Positions 1 through 14,700 are shown, counted from the first letter of the stretch. The stretch is 64,000 nucleotides of DNA from Cycas panzhihuaensis (GCA_023213395.1 CM041465.1:198221741-198285740); one strand, 5' to 3'. Made by a program: numbers and translations. The notes: generated from the sequence alone by a model not told the origin.

Positions 1-21
1 TCTATCTATCTATATATATAG

Positions 22-65
<44 letters not shown>

Positions 66-107
66 CTGTGTCTGTGTGTGTGTGTGTGTGTATGTATGTA
101 TATATAT
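1..107. repeat. Compound microsatellite (TCTA/TA/TG/TATG)
   Basis: Directly visible di- and tetranucleotide runs. Confidence 0.95.
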
Positions 108-241
108 GGCAATTATAACTTTTAATTATCAATTTAGTAATATATTAATCAATATATCATGTGGATATATGGGTCTCATAACCATATCTACCACTTTTCT
201 ATAAGCATGACTAGAGCATGTCACTTGAAGTGGAATTAGAC
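108..241 (+). repeat. 3' part of a Gypsy (chromovirus-like) LTR followed by a degenerate PBS
   Basis: 'taatatattaatcaat...gggtct...aaccatat...ctataagcatgactag..atg..tcact' recurs at ~39835-39950. It is followed by 'agtggaattagac', resembling TGGTATCAGAGC (tRNA-iMet PBS). Confidence 0.55.
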
Positions 242-260
242 AAGTTGCTTAGCATTTGAG

Positions 261-674
261 TGATAAATAGGTTTAATATCTTTGAAGCCTCTCTAAATAC
301 TATCATTCACTACAAAACTTCATCACCATTAACCTACTTAGGTGTAAATGCATGCAATATAACATTTATAATCACATTTTTAGGAAAAAGCTATTATCTC
401 TATATGTATTATTGTAGCTATATTAGTCATGCCATCCTATATCTATCATCATCATTGTATTTAATCATCATCACTAACCCAAAACATCTATAGAAAAAAT
501 ATATAAATATCACCAAACTAATGTCCATCTATGAGTGAGTGATAATCCAAATATGCGTAAGCTCCATACTAAGCATATTAGTATATAGAAATAGAATTTC
601 CAATCTTTCATTATAGAGCTTCAAGCAGATACCTTTCCTATGTGGATGTCACCCTAGCACTCTACTAGGTATCA
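261..674 (+). repeat. Putative LTR relic (TGATA...TATCA ends)
   Basis: Has inverted 5-bp termini and contains 'gatacctttcctatgtggatgt..ccctag', shared with the Tork-family LTRs (6022-6060; reverse complement at 27355-27390). No TSD found. Confidence 0.35.
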
Positions 675-679
675 GTGGT

Positions 680-3543
680 TAAAAAGGCTATCAACCTAAG
701 CCCAATAAATTATAGAAAGGCCTTTTAATACATTTACAGACAACTTTTACCCTTCTTTTCTTCTATTTGTAGAAATCCCTTATTTATCTTAATATTTTAG
801 TCCCTTTTATCATTAAAACTATTATTTTTATACGTATTTTTCTCCATATTATTATGATAAATGCTAATTCATCTATGATTTTAGACCATCCTATGTTGAA
901 ACGTGTCTTTCTCATGTTGTATTTGGTCTTCTAGAAACTTTATGATACTATAAAGCTTACCACATTGCTTTGAAGTTCTAAACTTTATAATACTTTTAAG
1001 AACTTTGTGAGATGATAGTAGGTGAACTAAGAAAGGGCCACACATTTTTAACATACAACTAATACACCTAACTACATTTCTATCTCAACAATAGGAAAAG
1101 ATCTTGGAGGAATCTACTATTTCCTACATAATACTTACTTATTCAATGCTTTATCATTAAGATTAAGCCAAATCCATCGGTGATTTGCCTTAATTTTGGC
1201 CTATAGTTTAGTTCTAAACCATGGGCCTAATACTACTCCATTTCACTTCACAACATCTATAAAATCCCCCTTTATTTTCACATGAGGGGGGGCTGGGGCA
1301 AGTTCATAGTTTTATGCTTCTAGAATGTTGTTGAATTTTCTATGGAATTCCATTTCTTCTTTATTTGTTTAATTGGATTCCACCTTTATCTTAGAGATTA
1401 GAGTCAAATTGTTGCTAAAGACCTATTGGATTAGAGCTATATACCATGAGTATTCCTCTTTGATCAAGAATTAGGGAAAAACCCTTATACTATTTGTATT
1501 CCTTTCCCATTTCTAATTATATTTGGTTTCTAGGTTTTTAATTATTTTTTAGTTTTTACTAAGTTTTCACTTTACATCCTTTATGAATTTCACTTTGATT
1601 TCTTAATGGAAGTGTATTATATGAAGAATAAAGGATGAGTAGAACTCTTTAAGCTTTAAAATTGGTGGCAACTTTGCCAATTTTGAGGATCTATTTCTTT
1701 TCTAACTTATTATTAATTTCAGTTTATAATTGCTTTTATTATTGCTAGATCTTAAAGATTTTCATAGCATGCATTAATCTAACAAGTGGAGGAGTACCTT
1801 AATATGTTTTATGTAGGTTGAAGATTTTAGAAGAAAATTAGAGATACCACCTTCTTCCCTCACTCTTCCCACCAACTTAATAGTACATATTACAAAACTA
1901 AGGTGCTGCCCAAATTGTTTTAGTAATATCTAAATGTATGAGATTGAAAACTTTATTTTAAACCCATTTTTTAGCACTTTGAATTATAAACAAAATTTTA
2001 CTTTATAATAATTCAATTTAATAAGAAAAAATATCATTGAATTTTTTTAAGAGAAATTGTGGATTTATGCATGATACTAATCAAATTTTGAGTCCTTTGG
2101 CAACTTAGATTCATGAGGCTTTACATTTCTGAGAGTTTTAAGGAATTATTTAGAGTTAAGTCTAAGTTTTATTCTTTAAACCCTCCCTTATAGATTTCAC
2201 TTTTCAAAAAATATAACAAGTTTTCAGATGTAATTTTAATTCTCAATTTCATTTATAAAGAAAAGAAGGGGAATTTTACATTATATGTTTGCCATACCTT
2301 CTTGTTTCTCCCTTCATCTCATATATAAGTAGTTTTATTTACAAAGAAAGAGAGCATTAAAATAATCAAACAATAAGTGAAAGAATATAGATCATTGTAT
2401 ATCTATTTGTATATGTGGACTTTATGAAGGCCATAATGGAGTGGAGATTCACACTTGTTGTGAATCATCAAATACATGGGGCCAAAAGACCTCCTCCATG
2501 TTAATTTAATTAGTACTTTCATATAATTTAAATAGAATTTTAGTTACATATTTAGTTGTGTTTATTACTTCTCTTAGTCTTATTTAGTATAGGCTTATTC
2601 TTTCATTTAAAAAGGGGATCCACTACCTTTTTACCTAGATTTCATCACTAGATGAAAAAGGTGGTCTTGTGCATTTAGGCAGATTAAGTCCTTTAATTTG
2701 TGTTCTAAACTAGCTAGTGAGAGGTTCTTATCTGCACCATGTACTCATACATGGGTTGTTAATAGTTGATTATATATCATTTATCCTATTGAGAGTGATG
2801 AACTCTTCTTTTTCTCCTCTTAGAGTTGGAGGTCTATTAGAGTTAAATGTAAGTACTACCAAGCCATCTTAGACTTATTGTAAGATGGGTTACTAGTATT
2901 GATGAGTCTCCACCATCATACCTATGATTAGATACATCTTGTGGTCTTGACTCCCATAGGTCTCTTGCTTTCTTTAGTCCTCTTCCTCATTTCTAGATTA
3001 AGTTCTTTATATTAGGGGAATTTAGGAGTTGAGTTAGTATAGGTCAATGCAACTTAGGGGGATTAATAATATTAGGTTACATAAATAGAAGTGACTACAT
3101 TAAGGTATGTGTACCCTAGCAACACCCTCATACTTTAAGGGCATTTTTATTAAGTATTGTTTAGTCCTTATAAGGGATTCTATTGGTAGATAGGTTAATT
3201 TTATCTTTATATTTTTAGTTAGTCATTAGCTTACTCTTAATCTATTTTCATGTATATTTGCTTCTTTATCTATTTATATGCATTACTTACCCTATTAGAT
3301 AATGATTTATTATTTTTCTTTCTGGTCATTTATCATTCCCTCTTTTTCCTCCTTTTGGCATGCTACACACACATATGCTTTGCCCCTTAGCCTAAAACCT
3401 AGTTGTCTTTTATCCCTTCACTCACATCCATAAGATGCATGGGTGCCCCTTAAGAGGCATAAGCTCATCCCCTTCTTGACATAGGTCCTCCTTGTCATTT
3501 GGGTCTACCTATTAGGTTGTATTATTCATCCTCCCCTCTCATG
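680..3543 (+). repeat. Tat1 5' LTR (left end truncated)
   Basis: Collinear similarity to 36615-39438 over ~2.8 kb, e.g. 'ttttatcattaaaactattat', 'gatgcatgggtgccc.taagaggcataagctcatccccttcttga'. Followed by 'ttaacatttcactaataac', a possible G>A-decayed Tat/Ogre-type PBS (TGGCGACTCCACTGGGGAC). Confidence 0.75.
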
Positions 3544-5254
3544 ATTAACATTTCACTAATAACCATACTATAGTCTTGCTAGTTGGGTTTAGTATATTAA
3601 TGTTCATCCCCTTTCTCTATTTGGTTCAAGCCTTTTTTTTAGGGTGATAATCTTATGGTATGCAATTCATTTATATGAGCACTCCTCATTTCTTTTCCAC
3701 AACTTTATAGTCTTAGTCAATTGATTCTTAAATTGACCTTAACTTTTGAAGCATACCTCTTACATATAGCAAGTTTCTCATTGCCTTAGAGGTTTACCTC
3801 ATTTAGATTTGGATTCTCCAATCCCATCTAGCTCATCACCTACTAAATAATCCTCAATAGTAGGTTAACTTCTACCTAAGTCGGCTAGGAATCCCTTTTA
3901 AGTTTAGCCTCCCCATCATCCATAAGATCCCTATTAACTAGTCGATATATGGTAAACTTAAGACCTTTACCAGATGTATGCCCTAGATTGGTCCTAAGTA
4001 TCCAATCCTTATGGCCCACAAATACCCTTCCAAGATTAAGTGGGCACCACTTTTCAATCATAGAACTAGACCTATTTTGTCAAAACCCTAATAGATTTCC
4101 TAGTCGTATCACTAGGGTTACTTATCCCTATGACCCTTTGCTCAGTCCTAGGTCTTTAACTCATGCCTTTATATTTAACTAATCCCAAGTTAGAGAGGAA
4201 GCCTCTAACGTTTCCTAAATCCCCAAGATCCCATGGGATACTGTGGCATCCCTAAGGGCACAATTTGAATAATCTGCTTTAGAGACAACTCTTGCCTAGG
4301 CTTGTCACCTATTTGGAATAGGTATTGGCCCAATCCCATTTGTTCCCTAACCCCAGTAGTAAGTAGCCTCTCAATAATAGGCTACTTTGCAACCCATTAC
4401 TTCTTCTTTAATATTACCTACCTAAGCCCTAATAACAAAAACCATGTATGTGGTCCCTATTTTAGTAGTAGGTCCTCTAACAACCACCTCCTCATTTTAT
4501 TTCACTTGTCTTTCTAACAAGCGGGCTTCACACATCTATTCCATAACTAATGGATATGTAGTTTAACTCTTTCATTCCTTTAGTTCTACTTTATTCTATA
4601 CCTCATCCTTTATTTCAATCAATAAGACCTTGGGGGATGCTTCATCCTCCTCCATGTTCTATTTAACCTATCCAACTCATTCCCTAACCTATATAATCCA
4701 TCTTTGTCCTACTTAGGCATGTCTCTCAATAATGGGGCAAGATGGCCCTTACCTATAACCTACCTTTGATGTAAATCCTTTCCATCTATATGGGGTTACC
4801 CTTATAATTAGGGGCCTATGTGGTTAAAACCCCATTCCACATCTCCTCTTTCATTACATTCCACCTTATTAAGTTATACCTAAGTTTATGTTAGGCCCAT
4901 CCTATATAGCCATTCCTTAAGGAGTCACTATATAAGATGGTATTTTAGTTTGATCCCATCAACCTACTTCTTATGGTGCATCAAATTATGGAGGGCTCAT
5001 ATCATATATATCCAACCTGTATCCCCAAATAATAGTTTCATATCAAGAGGGGGGTATCCCCTAGCTTGTTCTAATCTATCAAACTTACTAATAGGGCTAA
5101 ACCCCTTATGGTGAGACCCAAATATAATACTTATATAAGCCTTAACCTACTTTTCCACCTATTGATCATTTAGCTCAACTTGGGGCATGCCCCTTTGTTG
5201 AATATTATATTAGTTTACTTTCCCTAGAGGCACTTCAAATAAACTTACCACCCT

Positions 5255-5599
5255 ACCTTCCAAAAGTACCTAAGTTTGAGGGAACTTCATCTCAATGTCT
5301 ATGGTACCATGTTAAGGAAATTGCCATGGCATCTATAGAATATTAGATATATAATCATATCTTGATAAACTTATTTCCTTAACCTCTTTAGAGTGATGCT
5401 CTTAATGGTTTTATTACCTCCCCTTGTTCTATATTTTGCTTTCAATAATTAGTGGATATATTTTTCATGTACTTTAATATATCACACCCTTTTGTGAGTG
5501 GGGATAAAGCCTTACTCTCTCTTAAACAAGACCAAGATGAATTTAATAGAGACTTTTTACATCATTTCTATGATTTGTTATATTCATCTAAGTCTGCTC
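5255..5599 (+). pseudogene. gag: Tat1 gag (retrotransposon capsid) relic
   Basis: Reads PKVPKFEG...HV.....LINLFP*PL*SDAL.., matching the gag KLFPxSLxGxAxxW motif. Homologous to 40550-40900. Interrupted by the solo LTR. Confidence 0.75.
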
Positions 5600-6235
5600 T
5601 ATTAAATATGTGACAATAATGTATAAGGAGGCTAATATTTTGGAACTTCTTCAATGCAATTTCCCCTACCAAATTTTCTTAAGGGGATCTAAGGGGGATG
5701 GGAGCCCCCCATTGGCTGAGGGATAGGGGGGAGCTAGACCCCCTGCAAGTGGGGGTAGGGGCAGTATCCCCAAAGCAAAAAGCTAGGGTTGAAAACCTAC
5801 TAAATTATAAAGAGAATCTAGGTTGTTCATAAAAAAAATGCTAGATCTGATAATGGCAATTTTGTAACCCATTTTGGGTAATTAATTTTTTCTAATTTTT
5901 ATTATATCATGATTGTTGTATCATATTGCATTGTATCATAGGTAGTTAGTTGATTGTTATTGTGGTGAGAGCTTTGTACCAAATGCATATACAAATCTTT
6001 CATTCTTGATCAATAAAACTGATACCTTTCCTATGTGGATGTTTCCCTAATACTCGACTAGGGTTTTACCACATTATATCTGGTGTTATTAGTAATGTAT
6101 ATGCTTTCTTATGTATGTTAAATGATCTCTAGTTATATACTTACATTTGTTACAGTTTCATATCCTTGATCTTATTACAAAATAGTTAGATCCTAGTGGT
6201 TGGTTTTGGTTATTTAGAACCAGGTTTGCTTAACA
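5600..6235 (+). mobile_element. Solo LTR of a Tork/Tnt1-like Copia family
   Basis: TA(TG)...CA ends with flanks TGCTC/TACTC (TSD with one transition). Similar to the reverse complement of the LTRs at 27171-27827 and 31874-32502. Confidence 0.85.
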
Positions 6236-7549
6236 TACTCTACCTGAAGACCTAAGAGAGAGAAGACAATTGAGTATGACTTGTGATTTGAGTCCCTTTT
6301 TTAAGACCTAAGCCCCTAACTAAACCTAGGTTCCTATATCTAAGATCCAATGTAATTCATTTCACCATAATTAACATAGGTAGCTATGGATACTTAGTTG
6401 TTCTTAGTAACCCCAAATCTCATGTTGAAGATGAAGAGCCTCCTATATACCAAGTGGCCATGCTTTCTTTCGCCTAAGGGTTATACTCCCCCAAAAATAA
6501 TCCTTCTCTATCCAATCCCTTTTAGAGGTCCTTTCATCCATGAGAGTAGGGATAAAATCTCATAGAAAACTTTGAGACTATCCCTATGTCCTATTTGACC
6601 CATAACATCTCTCTTTTTCAGTGAGCTTAACTTGCATGACATGCCTACTATCTCACCCATGCTCTCCATCTCAATTTTTATGAGGAGGTTATTGAGTCAT
6701 CATGTGTATCTCCACCCTCCTCAATCTACTCCATAACCTACCTACCCTATGGAAGCCCCATAAGCACTCACTCACTTAGATGATCTATTTAGAGTTTTTG
6801 AGACTTGTGTCAATTAATTTTTTAAACTCCAAGTTTTGGCCAAAAATTCTAGGATTCACCAAGCATATCTTGGCCTTTATAATACTCTATTACTCATATG
6901 GATTTAAAATAACCTCCCCTTAGGGAGGGATAAAAATCTTATCCCTCCTCCATGATCTATCAATATGATCTATAATACTTAGGACTCCCCTAATATAGTG
7001 GTCATGCAACTTCATCTATTCTAAGTCCTCTAATATATAACTTAGATACTGAGTCTAGATCTACTTTTTTGTATGATGAGTTTATTATGTATAACACTCC
7101 TCTTTTATCCCCTAGGATGTGCTTCATGATCTTCTTATCTTTGGTTCAAATTCCAAAAACACTCAAGCTTTGGCTTCTCAACCATCACCTCTTGTTAAGT
7201 CGTATCATATCTACCATTAGTGCCATGGTTCTGACTCTTTTAAGTAATCCTTATATCTCTTTGATTAGTGTCTAAGTCATTGTGCCAACCCCACTTCTAA
7301 AGATCATAAACTTACAACTCAAAAAATGGTTATCCATTTCATTGATTACTTTAAAAATGATGAGGTGTTTCTAGAGTACCTAGTAGGGGTGGCTTCTAAT
7401 CTCCCTTTGAATATTTGCAAGTTAGGTTTCAGAAATGCCTTATTATTAGTTCCCCTCCAGTTGAGCCTATTATGGATTAGGCCACTTTTGGTTCATCCAT
7501 AGATTAATCTCTTCCTCATTTTGGGGAAGGTAGAATCCTCCTGATAGGG

Positions 7550-9817
7550 GTAACTATTGATATTGTTCTTGATCTTAAAAGGATCATCAAGGTGGGGATG
7601 GAATATTCTTCTAAATAGATGACTAAATATATGAAGCTCTTATCCTTAAGGCTAAGCCTATAAGGTATAAATAGTGCCCAATTCATCCTAAGCTCTAAGT
7701 TATTATTAATATGGATGTTAAGAAGCTCAATAATGAAGGCTTAATTACATCAATAGACTATCCACACTAGGTCTTTAACATAGTCTTAATGGCAAAGAAA
7801 AATGGGGTAATTCATATTTGCATAAATTTTAGAGTCATAAACAATGCTTATCCTAAGAAAAACTTTCTCCTACCTTTCATTGGTCAAATTATAAACAAGA
7901 TAATAGGGTTTAAAGTCATGTCCCTTATGGATGGTTTCCTAAGTTATAATCAAATTTAAACTTCAGTTGAGGATCATTACAAGATAACTTTTATAACTCC
8001 TTAGGGCATGCTTACTTACATAACAATGCCCTTTCACATAAAAAATGATGGTGCAACCTATTAATAGGCCATGGACTTTATATTCTATGATTTCATCAAT
8101 ATAATTCATGAAATATTCATGGATGACCTACTTGGTCTCTCACATAAAATGGGAAACCATCCCATGGACCTTAGAAATATCTTTTAAATATGTAGAAAGT
8201 GTCATGTTAGCTTAAACCTATACAAGTTTATATTTATCATCACAACAATTAAACTTCTAGGGTTTAGTATCTTTTAATAAGGAATTATAGTTGGATTAGA
8301 AAAGATGAGGACAATCCTTGAGATGCCCCCACCCCATACTTAGAAATAAATCAAATCCTTCCTTGAGTAACTTAGCTTCCTTAAGCACTTTTTGCCAGTT
8401 TTTTCCCTAACTTTCAAACCCCTAATTAATCTCCTCAAAAGGGAAGTCCCTTGTTCTTAGGCATTAACTACCTAATCTACCTTTGATTAACTTAAATACA
8501 GCCTAGACACTTCCCCTACATTGGAATCCCATGGTTTGACAAACCATTTATTCTATATATGTCATCCATAAGTGAGTGAATTAGAGCCATGTTAGCATAA
8601 GAGGATGATCTAAGAGTGGACCATACTATTTATTTTCTTGGTCACACCATGGTCACCATTGAACTTAATTATACTCCTATAGAAAAGTAATACCTTTCCT
8701 TTGTGTTTGCCAATAAAAAGTTAAGCTATTACTTTTTGGGCAACATGACTAACATCATCATTTACTCAAATCCCCTGTGCTTCATAATGACTAAATTTGG
8801 CCTCACAAGATGAGTAGGGAAGTGGGCTATTCCCCTATAGGGGTATGACCTATTAATTATTAATAGAAAATCTACAAAAAGGATGCTACAATAGAGTAGT
8901 TAGCTCATGCACCCCTCTAAAACCTAGCAAATACTCCTATTGATGACTCTTTACCTAATGAGTCTATTATGGCTCTTAAATAGTTTGTGGGATGAAGGAT
9001 AATTAATGATGAATGGTATGATGATGTTGGTCATTACATAGTTCACCAAGCATATTCAAAGGATGTAAGTGATAAGGTAAAAGAACATGTAAGGGCTACA
9101 ACTTGAAAATATTTCCCTTGACAATATTATTTATAAAAGATTATTTGAAGGGGTTTTTCTTAAATATAACAACTTTGAAGAAGCACATTAGATCCTCTAT
9201 AACTGCCATGACAACATCTGTGGAGAACACTTAGGTGGATAATCAATGGCTAAAAAAATTCCTACAAATGGATTTTTTTTAGCCTATTTTATTTAAAGAT
9301 GCCTATGCCTATGTCCACAAATATGAGAGGTGCCAAGAACATTTAAACATAGTGCACCAACCTTCTAAGGATTTTCATGCTATCATATCTTCTTGTCCCT
9401 TCTCTCAAAGGGGTTTAGACTTAGTTGGGGCTATTACACACCCATTTTTATCATAGTATAAGTTTACCTTGATTACAATAAAGCACTTTATTAAGTAGGT
9501 GGAGGTTGTCCCTCTCTCATCAGCCATAGTAAAAATCATTACTACATTCATCTTCTAACATGTTATTTATCATTTTAAGATCTTAGATATCTTGATTACA
9601 TATGATAGAATCCCATTCTACAATAAGGAGGTTGATGAACTGTGTGATAAGTTCCATATAAATCATAAGAGATCATCATTCTATTACCCTTAAGCAAGCA
9701 TGTAAGTCAAGGCATTTAATAAAATATTGATCTCCATTATGAAGAAAATGATGTCTAAATCTCAATAAGATTAGCAGTGTATCTTACCCTATAGGCTTAT
9801 CAAACGTCCATATAGAT
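7550..9817 (+). pseudogene. pol: Tat1 pol: RT, RNase H, integrase N-terminus and core
   Basis: Motifs ICINFRVINNAYPKKNFLLPFI, SLMDGFLSYNQI, MPF...GATY, IFMDDLL, LNYTPIEK, CHDNICGEH, PFSQRGLDLVG, YYP*ASM, L*AYQTSI. Many stops. No aRH between RH and INT. Confidence 0.9.
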
Positions 9818-10088
9818 TATTACATAACCTTCTAAGGTGAATACTATATAAACATTTAGTTACATGATTAAGGTGGTATAGGTTAATGATATTTATCGAT
9901 AAGTATACATAGGTTGCATACTTCCACATATCCTCTTATAAGATTATGCTCACTTTCATCTACATTTTGGTATTCATTAATTGCTCTAGTGACTTGAATG
10001 TAATCTAAGTTGTGTGCATTAATAAAAGAATCTATTTTTGCTCCCTTATTTCCTGTTTTAAGTACAAATTATAGGTTGAATCATAACA
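9818..10088 (+). repeat. Chromovirus 5' LTR (about 100 bp internal deletion)
   Basis: Aligns with 15890-16262 and ends ...tcataaca before the PBS. Confidence 0.9.
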
Positions 10089-11749
10089 AGTGGTATCAAA
10101 GCTAGATTTGGTAATCTAGTGGAGGTATCTAGGATATGAAAAATTAGATTTTTTTTTAAAACTTTATAACTCTTGAAACTTTTCTTTTGTAATTATTTTT
10201 TTTAGTTTTATTCATTTTAAATTTTTTGTTTAATGATAGACAACACTACTTGATAACTATCCTTTCTATCCCTCCCTCTTTCCTGCATAAGGGTGGATAA
10301 CTCTACTTGGAAGCTACTAACCCTAGTTGGGTAAAGACCCTATGTTGGGGATCTATAAATATCACAAAGGTTTTCCAATTTAGGCTAAGTGGATTGTGTC
10401 TTTTTCACCCTTGTGTAAAGGACTTCAATAAGTCTATTAAACCAAGCATTAAATAGAACTCGACTATGGAATTAAGCCTTATTATACCTTCAAGTATTAA
10501 AAGGACCTCTATAGGTTCCTTCTTTAGCCTATCATAGGTAACTATCAACTATTTATCCCTATACGATGTATGAGTTAGTAGTTAGTATTTGGAAGCTACT
10601 CTACACAAACATCTTTGCATGATTATAGACCTTATGGGGATAATTTTCCTCTTTAGGTAGTTCCCTGAGATATTAGGCTAAGCTATAGTAATGATAAACA
10701 AGTTTATTACACAGCTTATAGAGCCAAACGCTCCCCTATAAATATTTGGTAGGTTTGCCCACCTCCTGTAGTCTATACACAAATCCAAAGTCTATTGTAC
10801 TTTTGTTAGTCAAGTCAAGAACTACCATGAATCAGTGACTGATATTTATTACTAAGTAAATTAGTAATAATACTTTATACAGACAACATCATTGATAACA
10901 GAGTGATTGTATGGATAATAGAAAGACTATTAAATCAATGTATATTTGGAAACCTACATTATTTAACTCTTAAGAAATTTTTAGTATAGTAAATAACTAG
11001 CGCCTAAGCCTTGGTATTCCTATCCAAACCTTCAACAACATCTGTAACCTAGGGCACTTGAGTCAAGTCTAGTTCCATAGTCCAATTTCTTTTTAGAAAA
11101 AAAAGGGAAAGAAAAGGTCATAACTTTATTAATACTTCTCAGATTTGAATGAGACTTGCATTATTAGACTTATCCATCTTATCTTGATTAGCATTATGTA
11201 TTGACCAAAGTCCATTAGGTCATTTTTAACCATTAGTTTTTGGGAAAAACTGGCCTACATGCATTTTGTGGGCCCTACCAATCTTAATTTCTCACTTACT
11301 ACTCACCTACGTCATTTTAAAGAGCTCCTTATTCTTCTTCACAAGTACTAAGTGATTTTCTTTCTTAATTTTTAAGGTCAATAGCCTATAGGCACCTTAT
11401 ATCTTACCCCTCTCCTCCCCCCTGCCACCCCCCTCCCCCTCAAACTTTACCCTTTTTATATCTTCACTCCTTTGACACATATTCTTTCTATCTCTCCTAC
11501 TTCTTGTATTCCTTTCTTCTCATTATCCCCTACCTTATGAGGACCCCTTTTATAATGAGTCAATATGAATGTATTTACTCTTTGAAAACTCAAGTCATCA
11601 ATATACAACATGACCCAACCAAGATATTAATGGACCTTGCAAACCTTGCCTAATGGGTTACATTTATAAATACTCAAATCTCCAATTTTCTCTTGGCAAC
11701 CAACTCCAATTTCTCTAGCATGACATGAAGTTAAGTATCTTAAGGTGGA

Positions 11750-14700
11750 ACCCCACCTCCCAAGTTTACATGACAATAATTATTCAATCATAAAATTAAT
11801 ATACTAGTCTTCAATCTAGACCTCAACAAGGATGTAGCTTGTAGTTGGATTAACAAATTAGATTTTTATTTTATAATAAACCACTTATACAAAGCTAATC
11901 AATTAACTTTTTCCTCCACCCACTTGGAAGGTAAATTTCACCATTAGTATAAGTGATGGACCCAAGAGTACTCATCTAATCAATCATGGGATCAATTCTA
12001 TAAATATTTTTTCAGCAATATGAAGAGATATGGAACCAATCCTTTTTTAGTCAATTGATGTGATTACAACAAACCATGTTAGTCAAGGCCTATATAGAGG
12101 AGTTCTAGGCAATCTAAACTCGAGTCACCCAACACTTAGACAAATATACATTGGTTGAAACTTACATAGTCGATCTCCATGAATGCATTCAAATAATGTT
12201 GAAGACTAATTAGCCTCCTAGCTTATGAGACAATATTAATTATGCTAAAGACATTGAAGCTGAATTTACAGTAAAGAGAGCATCTAGAATTAGATGAGAT
12301 ACACCATGGTTCAATCACCAAAGGCCCATAGAACCTTATAGACCTTTAAGGCTTCAAGAAGAAGAGCCTCCTTAGTAAGTATTAAACCATCCAACTAAGC
12401 ATCTTACCATAAAACAATTATCGATACAAATATGGATACCCTCCTCTAAGGTGAATAAGCACTACAAAGTTGATTTATACTTATAATGTACCAAGAAATA
12501 GTTCCTCATATATGGTAATATATATAAAGCTAAAAGAGTCATCTTCACCATTGACCCTAACTTAAAATTTTATGATGAAATTGAAGAAAAGCCACCTTTA
12601 GAACCCTCCCCACCTATTCACCCTAAACCCAAAGTACTCATATGCATCATTTCCTCTTCTACTTGCCCTGATCCATTACACATAAGAGGGATATTAAGAG
12701 AAAACCCCTTGATAATTTGATAGATGGTGATGCATCCTTAAACTTCATTGATATTGTGATAGCCAAATAACTAAATCTCTATATCAAACAAAAAACAAGG
12801 TTTAATTCTTCTTTCCCATGCCACTACTCCATCCATTGTGTAGGTATTATTCATAACCTTCAAGTCTAAGTTGGTGCTTATAAACTCAAGTCAAACTTTT
12901 ATGCTATATCCATTTGGGGATTATATTCCATCCTAGGGGTTTAATAGCTCCAAATGTTAGGAACTTATAGTACTAATAACTCCCTCAACAACCCATTTAT
13001 AATGTGTAAAGATCACTATGGCTAAACACATAAACTCTATGACCTCTAATCCTCATCTAATAAAATCATTTCTCACAAGAAACTGAGTAAGAAGATTAAT
13101 GGGAGCATCAAATATATTATCTATATTAACAACATTTAATCGTAGCCTAAGGTCATCTCTGACATCCATTCCATTCTCACCAAAAGAACTCTTATCCATA
13201 TTAGGACTTCCAAAAGAATTAGATCAAATTCATTGTTAACAAACTTATAGATATAGGAATCATATAGTTAAGTGAAAGCCCCTATATAACCCCCTTTATG
13301 CTAATTCAGAAAAAAGATGGTACTTTCTAACTTTGTGTTGACTATAGGACACTCAATAAGTTAACTATCAAGAATAAGTTCTCCACCTCCAAGATTAATG
13401 ATATGCTAGATGAAATTCATAATGTTATGATATTTTCTAAATTAGACTCGAAATCTGGTTATTACCAAATACCGATAGCCCTTGAAGATATGCACAAAAT
13501 AACTTTTTAAACTCATATGTCCACTTTGAATTTCAAGTTATACCATTTGGGCTTTGTAATGCTCTAGCCACCTTTCAAGACCTAATGAATAAAATTTTTT
13601 CTCCTTATTATTAAAATTCCACCATCATCTTCATTGATAACATATTAATTTATAGTAGTAATGTCCCCCTATATCTCTAATATTTAGAAACTGCCCTTTA
13701 AGTCCTAGCTCAAGACTAGTTATATGCCAAGCTATCAAAGTGTGAATTTAGAAAAATGAAATTACAATACTTAGGTCATATCATTTCTATAACTAGAGTA
13801 TGATTGGAGCCTAATAAAATATCAATTATTATTTAGTGGGCCATCTTAAAGAACCTAACTCAATTATGGGCCTTCCTTAGATTGCCTAGTTTTTATCATT
13901 GCTTCATCAAAAGTTATGCATCTAAAGCTACCCCCTTGATAAACTTACTTTGTAAGGATTCTTTTCAATTATTGCCAAGTGTTGAGGATGCCTTCAAACT
14001 TTTGAAAGTATTCATGAAAACTACACAATTACTCTCTATCCCCAACTTTTCCCAACTATTCTAATTAGAATGTGATACATCTAATGTGTGGCTAGGGGTT
14101 GTCCTCATGAAAAATTTTCACCCCATCACATCAAAAGTTGGAAGCTTAAAGAACATGAGTGTTAACTCTCTACTTACAAAAAATAAATGAGATACATCTT
14201 GCATGCAATTGATAAGTGGTTCTAATATCTACTTGGCTCTAAGTTTACCATTTTAATGTACCATCATAGTCTTCATTGCTTACTACACCAATTAGTTTTA
14301 TCAAAAGAACAAGCCAAATGGGTTGATCAATTATAGGTCTTTGACTTTATCATCTCCTGAAAAAAGGGAAAGGATAATGTTGTCATAGATGCCCTTTCCT
14401 AACTCTTAGATTAACTTACCATCCAAGCCATCTCTATGCCCCACTCTTCTAGGCTCTACGACTTAGTTGAGGCCAATAAAGCCTAACCTAACTTTGTCAC
14501 CTAGGTTAATAAGTTTCAAAATCATAAATATTAGAGTTTATATAAGAATTGCCTTTTCTATTAGAACTACATCTTTTTACACCCTACCTTCCCATTTATT
14601 ACTTGCATCCTATTTGAGTGCCAAAACACCCCCCTTAGAGGCCACTTAGGATTTGAAAAGTCCTACTATTAAATTTGATTTAATTGTTACTAGCTTTGTA

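Noticed and set aside
260-493. 77-aa ORF and other short unassigned ORFs (3949, 4302, 7069, 17116, 33182, 37050, 38209, 43911)
   Set aside because: Short, low-complexity frames inside LTRs, leaders or decayed TE sequence with no recognisable domain.
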